Shown here: positions 57,065-64,000 of the stretch, in pieces | Position numbering within the stretch: position 1 is the first letter of the stretch | Layout of the letters: each line of letters opens with the position of its first letter | Assembly: GCA_040954595.2 (NCBI GenBank) | Contig: CM082582.2 | Span: forward strand, 11,275,483-11,339,482 | Origin: Balanoglossus misakiensis | Lineage: Eukaryota; Animalia; Hemichordata | Reading direction: 5' to 3' | Length of the DNA: 64,000 nt | Program-made: the position numbers and the translations under genes | The notes under the pieces: generated by a model | The model's input: the letters and a program-made list of their open reading frames with translations, nothing else | Database searches by the model: none | What the model was told of the DNA's origin: nothing

Positions 57065-58776
57065 GGTGGTGGTGGTGTTGTTGCTGCTGCTGGCGTTGTT
57101 GGTGGTTGAAGTTGGCTGCGACTCTTCACTGTACATAACCAGTGCACTCTTTTGAAGTTGAAAATAGCATACTACGATTAATTAGTATTTCTCAATCTTT
57201 ACAAATGTTTTTTTTTTCAGGAGACGCTGGAGAAGTTGGGCCCGCCATACAGTAAGTGCAGTGATGACCATGACCTCCACTCCATATATGGACTAGGTTA
57301 CAGATACTCCGACCTGGTTAGTATTCAAACTTAAACTCAGTAAGCGTCGCGATTTCGGGTTTATATCCTATGTTCTGACTGCGCTTAATTCACTGACGAT
57401 TGCTTCGTCCCACTGTTTGTTGCAGGATTGCCACAAGAATAAGATTCAGGAATATATACGCGATGAGTGTGGTTGTGTCGATACAATGTACATGGAGGGC
57501 AAACCATGTAATGTTGCCAATTACAAGGAAGGCAAGTAGACTCTTATTCATCCTCGCAATATAAGCCTGCGTTTATCTGAACTCAACAAGTTAGAGACAA
57601 CTTGGCGTATCCAACCGACTAGCAAAACAACAATCCTCTGTACCTCAAATAAAAAACAAAGAGAGCCAGCAACGAAATGTAGTTATTTGTATTTCTCGTA
57701 CGCGCACACACATTGAGTTGAAATTGTTCTTTTTAAAACAGAAATGTGCCGACAACTGATGGAATTTTTCTACCAACGTGGTTTGCTTTCAAACGACTGT
57801 AAAGATCCCTGCACGTAGGTGAACGTTTAAGTTATATGATATATGTAATGCTTTTTTGAACCATCTATGTGTTAATAGATTCCAAATACTTCGACGCTTT
57901 GATTTGTCAGATTTGCCTGGTACACATGTTATAATTATTTGTTGGGTGAAATATCGAGAAAAAATGACGCCCCACTTGATCTTCCAACTTCAGAGAGATG
58001 CAGTATCGCAAGACAATCTCACAATCCCAGTGGCCTTCAAGTAAACACGTGGTGAGTAGCTTTTTGGCTTTACCCCAGCTCTTATTAAAACGATTGCCTT
58101 ACATCTGTAAAAGCTTCAGTACGTGATAATACGTCGCGTCGGAGATATTGCTTGATGCTGTTTCTGTTCTTACAGAATGGTCTGATCAAGGTATTGCGCC
58201 CTCTAAATGATAAAGTCAGAGAACACGTTGTGGATGAAAAAACGTCAAGGTAAAGACACTTAACGTCTATCAGTTCCTGTTTTCAACAAAGTAACCCCAT
58301 TTAGAATATAAGGTTCCTTTTCTTCGAGAAGATTTATGGCTTTGATAAAATTTCTCTGATTTCTGTCTGACTCTATGTTCGTGTTGCAGAGACAACCTAC
58401 TCCATCTTGAAGTCTTTTACGAGGAGTTAAACTACGAAAGGGTGACTGAGTCGTCGGCTTACACGGTAGGTTACTTGTCCCTGCTCATTAGCATGTTCTT
58501 GTTCCTTCCACGTCTCTTTCTGGACTTGCAACGGCAGTGCGTAATTACTAGTAGTACCTCAGTGTATTTTAAGATCAAATACCGAGTTTTCAACTTCGCA
58601 GTTCGTAATTTTATTTATTTTATCAGATTGAAGAATTACTGGCGGATATTGGCGGTACATTGGGACTTTACCTCGGAGTGTCTTTGATAACAGGTGTCGA
58701 GATCCTGGAGTTCGTCTTAAATGTCTTTCGCCATCTACTGTGCAAGACGGTCGGGACCAAATCGTCCAACGTCTAA
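52128..58776 (+). CDS. DEG/ENaC subunit D with LDLa x3-CUB-TSP1-CUB-TSP1 insert, 21 coding exons
   Basis: Exon 1 (52128-52542) ATCHGLPRII, TM1, [10 protein letters not shown]. Insert exons 53010-55738. YGHQAEDLILQCSFN, FGNCFTFN, GLKLTLFIEQNEY, LEVFYEELNY, TM2 LLADIGGTLGLYLGVSLITGVE (58627-58776), ends SSNV*. Two GC-AG introns. Confidence 0.93.
57027..57107. repeat. Compound trinucleotide microsatellite (GTT)n(GGT)n(GCT)n, intronic
   Basis: Directly visible run in a channel D intron. Confidence 0.9.
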
Positions 58777-60449
58777 CCCAATCGGCACAAACTTCAAATA
58801 TCTGCTAGCGAACATTTTTGATGGCGGGTTGGGGCAGCTTGGGATGATGGTTACAGTTGTCGCTGCGACTGAATCACGTCGTTTTAGTGTTTTTTTTGTG
58901 TGTGCTAAACGTCACGGTGTGTGACGTGGTACGTCACTTTCGGCTGATAGTAAAATTTACACTTAATATGTACAGGGTAGAAGAAAACACTACCAAAGCG
59001 ATTATACCCACAAAGATTCTGTGGTCACAGCAGACGTCTGGCAAAATACCAACTCCCCAATGTATTTTAGTTTAGGTTCCGATATTGTTACATTAGATTA
59101 AGTAGTCTATAAAGTTTTACACCAGTAGAAGCAAATGTTTTACTTCAAGTGGTACAATGAGGATTTTGAGTTTTATTTTTGTATATTTTGATATTTTGAG
59201 TTAGTTAAGCCAATATCGAAATTGGCAAGCGTCATCGAGTTTTTTTATCATTAATACAGTATATGTGGACATTCAGACGGTTCGTTGGATTCACTGTGTC
59301 ATGCTGACAAGCCGTGAATCGGCATTTTCAACGATTTTCATTCACGTGAACAGAAAGTCTTGGGAACTGTTCCCCCCTAACAGCTGGAGAACAGTCAAAG
59401 GTCTTTGACACCGAGCAGACCGGGGGGGGGGAGGGGTTGTTGCATCACCCAGGTAGACGTCCGGGAAAATTTGGTGACATGATATTGATAATATAAGTCG
59501 GCCTGGTGCTGCATGTAATGCTAACAGCCCATCTCAATAGACTAGATATAGTTGCATCATCCAATTGGTCGAAAAATGTTTGATTACATGGGAAGATATA
59601 ATAACCACGCAGTATACGCAAGTGTTAACCTACTAAATTTCACATTTAATAACAGTAAGCTTGTCACGGTTGCAAAATTTACGACATCTCCAATATCACG
59701 AACACGATGCATACAAAAGCCGGGGATACATCGATCGTATCTTATCCTCAGCAATTGATAAGTTTACCAAATCGCTGGGTGATCTAAATTTGCTTGTAAA
59801 TATACAATTAACCGAAAAGTGGGTCTCCTAAGAAAGGGGGTGGGGAGAGTATCCCGGCCAAATGATGTCCGTCCTACATTTAAAGATGTATGTCACTATG
59901 CAAATTTAGACACGGTTACCGTGGAAAGTGGAGCCCGGGACCTATCATGCGTTTTCACTTGGGTGATCACGCGCAAACTAGTGCGCCACTGCATGGTAAC
60001 CACGATGTAACTGGAATACCCAGACACACCATTTTATCCATATATGGATGTATACACCTGTATGCCTTTGAAAATTGTTTTATCACCATGGGCGGTGACA
60101 CCCACGTCACGGTGTCTGCTGGAATGTTAAGAGCATCCAAAACAGAAGAACTATCTCTTGCATGCAATGTCCCAAAAAGTTCGTTGGCAATCCGATATGA
60201 AGTCGACACTGAACGTGGGAATCTCAACACACTGTCAGTCTTCACAAGGTGGCAGTCAACGGACTTTGTATTTTTGACTGGGTGACCTTTTTTCAAGTCG
60301 TGACGCTGGCGACACAATTTTTATAACGATATTTGATGATGTCATATCTTTCGAGCTACCATGCGTTTGGCACGTTGTCAGCTGATGGATGAGTGGTAAG
60401 CTTATAAGTTATAGCGGGCGAGTCGTCTTCTCCAGTACGAATTGAAATC

Positions 60450-63223
60450 ATGATGCGTGTCCTGTGTCTTCTCTCGCTCGTGGCCCTCATTTCGGCCCAG
60501 GGTAAGCCGTTTTTCACTTCTCAGCCGGAATATAGACAGTAAAACGATGTAAAACTGCATATGTTATAAAATGGAAACATTCATGATCGTGTTTGTTTCC
60601 TACCTTTTATCACAGACGCTTCGTGTTTTCTAACGATTTCGCTAATAATTTTCTTTCACGTTCCCAGATGTCCTCATCTTTGAGGATAACTTTGATTACT
60701 TCGATTTGTCAACATGGCAGCACGAGCTAACGGCCGGCGGAGGCGGGGTAAGTGGCACTTGCAGAAATTCCCACCTCAAACTCAATACTCGTATATACAA
60801 ATACTTAAATATCGACAATTCCATATCAAGACATGTTTTCCGACCTTCCATATTTTCTCAATTCTCGTCATGTTTTTTTTTTCTTCATTCTTTATTCAGA
60901 ATTGGGAATTTCAGTACTATACTAACAACCGCTCCAACAGTTACTGCGATACTGGGGTAATGTACATTAAACCGGTAAGTGTTTCAATAACCAGAACGAT
61001 TCAAAGTAAATTAAAATATTGTCATTTCCGCCATTCTAAATCTTCTCTATTAGATACTTTCCGACTACTTTACCAACAATGCCGTTTGTTTCAGACCTTG
61101 ACCTCCGATATGTACGGCGAGGCCTTTCTGACGTCAGGCACATTGGATTTATGGGGTGAGTATGTGAAAAACCGAACGCCAAAGCTGTTGAAACCCTACT
61201 TTTAATCGTTGGTGGGGAGGGGGGGGTCATCGACTATTGCACTCTACGTTTTATGGCACTGACAACAACCATTTGTTCGTCTTTTCCACTCCCTATACAG
61301 GAGCTTCCCCGTCCGACATTTGCACCGGCAACGCCTGGTACGGTTGTGAGCGCCTCGGCACTCCGACTAACTACATCAACCCAATCCAATCTGCACGACT
61401 TCGGTCTGTCCACAGCTTCAACCTGAAATATGGCAAAGTGGAAGTTCGCGCCAAAATGCCAAGTGGTGATTGGCTGTGGCCAGGTGAGTACACTGTATTC
61501 TTTTCCTGCGTCTCTATCAAGAGCTAGAAACCTAAACATGTTTTGAACTGAATATCTTCGCAGCTCTCCGGGGACAGGCAGTCCAAGGCACGCCACGCCC
61601 CAAATTGTGATTTCGAGCTGTAGATAAAAGCAATGTTTTGCTCATTTCGAATTCAAAATTATCCAAAATAGTTCACATTCTGATAGTCCTTATCGAACCA
61701 TGACCATTCACTGCTGACAATCCCTGGTTAAGTTCTCACGGTTTATACTCCAGTAGACTGGCGTCCCCGTATGCATGTATGCATTGATGGCTGTTACTGC
61801 AGAAAGGTTGAAAATGCTAGCTGACGTACTTTTTTATACGATGTAAACTAACTTACTATATTTCAGCGATTTGGATGTTGCCCACACGAGAGGCGTACGG
61901 CGGCTGGCCTGCCTCAGGAGAGATTGACATCGTGGAAGCCCGTGGAAACGAAAACCTGGAAGACGCCGTTGGAAGCTCGGTTGGCACGGACCAGATGGGG
62001 TCCACAATGCACTGGGGCCCTTACTGGCCACACAATGGTTGGTCAAAGACACACACCACTCGGTAAGCTCGGGCAACAAAGTCAACCGGAATTCATGATA
62101 ATTACGTTTGCCTGCCTGCCTGCTTGTTTGTTTGTTTGTTTGTTTGTTTGTTTAGTTGATTGGTTGGTTGGTTTGTTGTTATAATTCAAATCATATTTTC
62201 ACGATAATTTTCACTATAATTTCAGATATGCCAGCACAGGTACATTTGCCTCGGATTTCCACACCTATGCAATTGAATGGACCGATAAGAATATAAGGTA
62301 CTCGTTCTCAATCTTGTCAATGCTTTTCAGCAAGTCGACGCTGTTAGTAAATTGAGATTCGGTCATTTTCACTCCTGACTGGTGCCACTGAACGTCGAAT
62401 GCTAACTACATGTATATGAATGGAAGATCTTCGAATAGATGAGAAAGAATTCATATTAAACGATGAGACCATACAAGTAAATTCTTGTACGTTTTAGATT
62501 TTTCTTAGATGGAGTGGAAATCATGCTTGTTGATCCCGGTCTTGGTGGATTTTGGGAGTATGGCAACTGGCATGTAGATTTGCCGAATGCAGACAACCCC
62601 TGGAGATACGGTGACAAGATGGCGCCCTTCGACGAGGAGGTGGGTGTATGACATAGGCAAAATAGAAATTATCCGCCAGATCTTAGTTCGATTGAGCAGA
62701 TAATTGTCAACCTCGAGACCGCATATGTTATTTGGCATAGCAGTACAGTAAGCTTGGGTCAAAGATGACGAATATTTATCTGTTTTGCATAAATTTACAC
62801 GTGATAAAGCGGATTTTTAATGATGGAAAACGGACAATTCCGTGCCAGTGTTTGAACATTTTGAAACCTGAGACTGGCGAATGGTGGTGAAAATCACCCT
62901 TATCACCGCGAAGATTGGTTGAGCATCCCCTACTCCCCCCCCCCCCTTCATTATTCAAGCAGTTGAATATACTCTCTTCTTTCCTGCAGTTTTACCTCGT
63001 CATGAATGTCGCTGTCGGAGGCACCACAGGATTCTTTGACGACTCATTCGTGAACTATCCACTGAACTGTCCCAAGCCATGGGTCAACAGTTCCCCGACT
63101 GCGCCCAAGGAATTCTGGGAGGCTAAAGACTGTTGGTATCCAACATGGCGTGCAGATGAGTTAAACGGTGAACACGCCGCGTTGCAAGTGGACTACGTAC
63201 GCATGTGGAATATCACAGCGTAA
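60450..63223 (+). CDS. Secreted GH16 endo-beta-1,3-glucanase / beta-1,3-glucan binding protein (LGBP-like), 9 exons
   Basis: Signal MMRVLCLLSLVALISA. LIFEDNFD..W.HE..AGGGGNWEFQYYTNNRSNSY, INPIQSARL, KYGKVEVRAKMP.GDWLWPAIWMLP, intact catalytic GEIDIVE, DFHTYAIEW, APFDEEFYLVMNVAVGG, VDYVRMW. TATA-like TTATAAG near 60402, AATAAA near 63466. Confidence 0.95.
62107..62179. repeat. Compound tetranucleotide microsatellite (GCCT/GTTT/GTTG), intronic
   Basis: Directly visible in a GH16 intron. Confidence 0.8.
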
Positions 63224-63708
63224 TGAAATGTTTCCTAGCAAACCTTGGAAACCAACGTATACAATCCTTCAATTCGTCACAGTTGTACAAATATATATAT
63301 TAATGTATGATACTTGAAATAATTTTACATGGATTTTGCAGTGTGTCGTTTGTGATCCTGTAATTTCTACCATGTGTTCGAATTTACTGTACTGATCGGT
63401 GGGAACGCTTTTATGACAAATGTATTGGCTTCTGTGGCCATCATGTGTGAAAATTTTAACGATTTAATAAAAATGAGGAATTACATATACGTTGAATCTT
63501 CTTCACTGTTTACCCCATCCATGTTGAATGTGTTGTGATATATAGTTTGCTAGAATTCTTTGAAAGAAACTGTGTGTGCAAGTGTGTGGATTCAGTGGGT
63601 TATTCGATGGCTGCAGGCCCAAATGAATTTCAATATCAGAACGATAGCACGACACCAGTACATTATCCGTCTTGCCAAAATAGCATAACGACAACATCTG
63701 TGATCTTG

Positions 63709-64000
63709 GTATGCAAAACAACTTCTCAATCACACCAACCAATCACATGCTTTATAAACCACACCTGGTGAACGACACATTTCGATTGGATAGTTGCCAT
63801 CCATCGCACTTGTCAGGTGGTCGGTGAGATGCCACGTTTCCATCATTCGGAACCCAATCTTCGACGTGCAAGCACCATGGTCGAAAGTAGTGACGAGAAC
63901 GACCTCTTCATTACCCAGAGCAATTTCCGACACCCGAGTGAAAGTGAAGGTTGAGACTGGCACGATATGGACTTATCTTCGGCGATTATGGTAGCACAGA
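63709..64000 (+). repeat. Dispersed repeat copy 2 (paralogous to 15751-16040), runs off the window edge
   Basis: See copy 1. ORF remnant MVESSDENDLFITQSNFRHPSESEG* begins at ATG 63877. Confidence 0.8.

Noticed and set aside
21886-58776. Reading the LDLa/CUB/TSP1 exons as separate genes nested in channel introns, or the channels as fragmented pseudogenes
   Set aside because: The module exons have no start, signal peptide or stop of their own, share strand and compatible phase, and repeat identically in four paralogs. Exons missing from the ORF track (e.g. 40714-40820) are present but short.
13062-59437. Recurring poly-G/poly-C tracts (13062, 21629, 36968, 39254, 59422)
   Set aside because: Simple homopolymers in introns and intergenic DNA with no consistent positioning.
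1-64000. Prokaryotic-type systems (operons, CRISPR arrays, defence islands)
   Set aside because: All genes are spliceosomal-intron-rich, and I saw no regularly spaced repeat-spacer array.

Overview
This is intron-rich eukaryotic (metazoan) genomic DNA with GT-AG and a few GC-AG introns. A marine invertebrate deuterostome such as a hemichordate, echinoderm or amphioxus is my inference from gene content, not something the sequence proves. Left to right it holds: the 3' end of an acidic-tailed gene; a minus-strand BTB-BACK-Kelch gene; a head-to-head 11-exon gene whose spliced product carries motifs I, Ia, III, IV and V of a T4 Rnl1/fungal Trl1-type ATP-dependent RNA ligase; a membrane-anchored CAP/CRISP-EGF-ShK-mucin-EGF-SEA-like-TM gene; four tandem DEG/ENaC channel genes; and a secreted GH16 beta-1,3-glucanase/LGBP gene. 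The standout is the channel array. Each gene has a roughly 490-aa LDLa x3-CUB-TSP1-CUB-TSP1 cassette spliced into its extracellular finger region, an architecture I do not know from characterised DEG/ENaC channels. Several MITEs and two copies of a decayed dispersed repeat are also present. Exon boundaries were called by eye from splice signals and frame continuity and may be off by a few bases.
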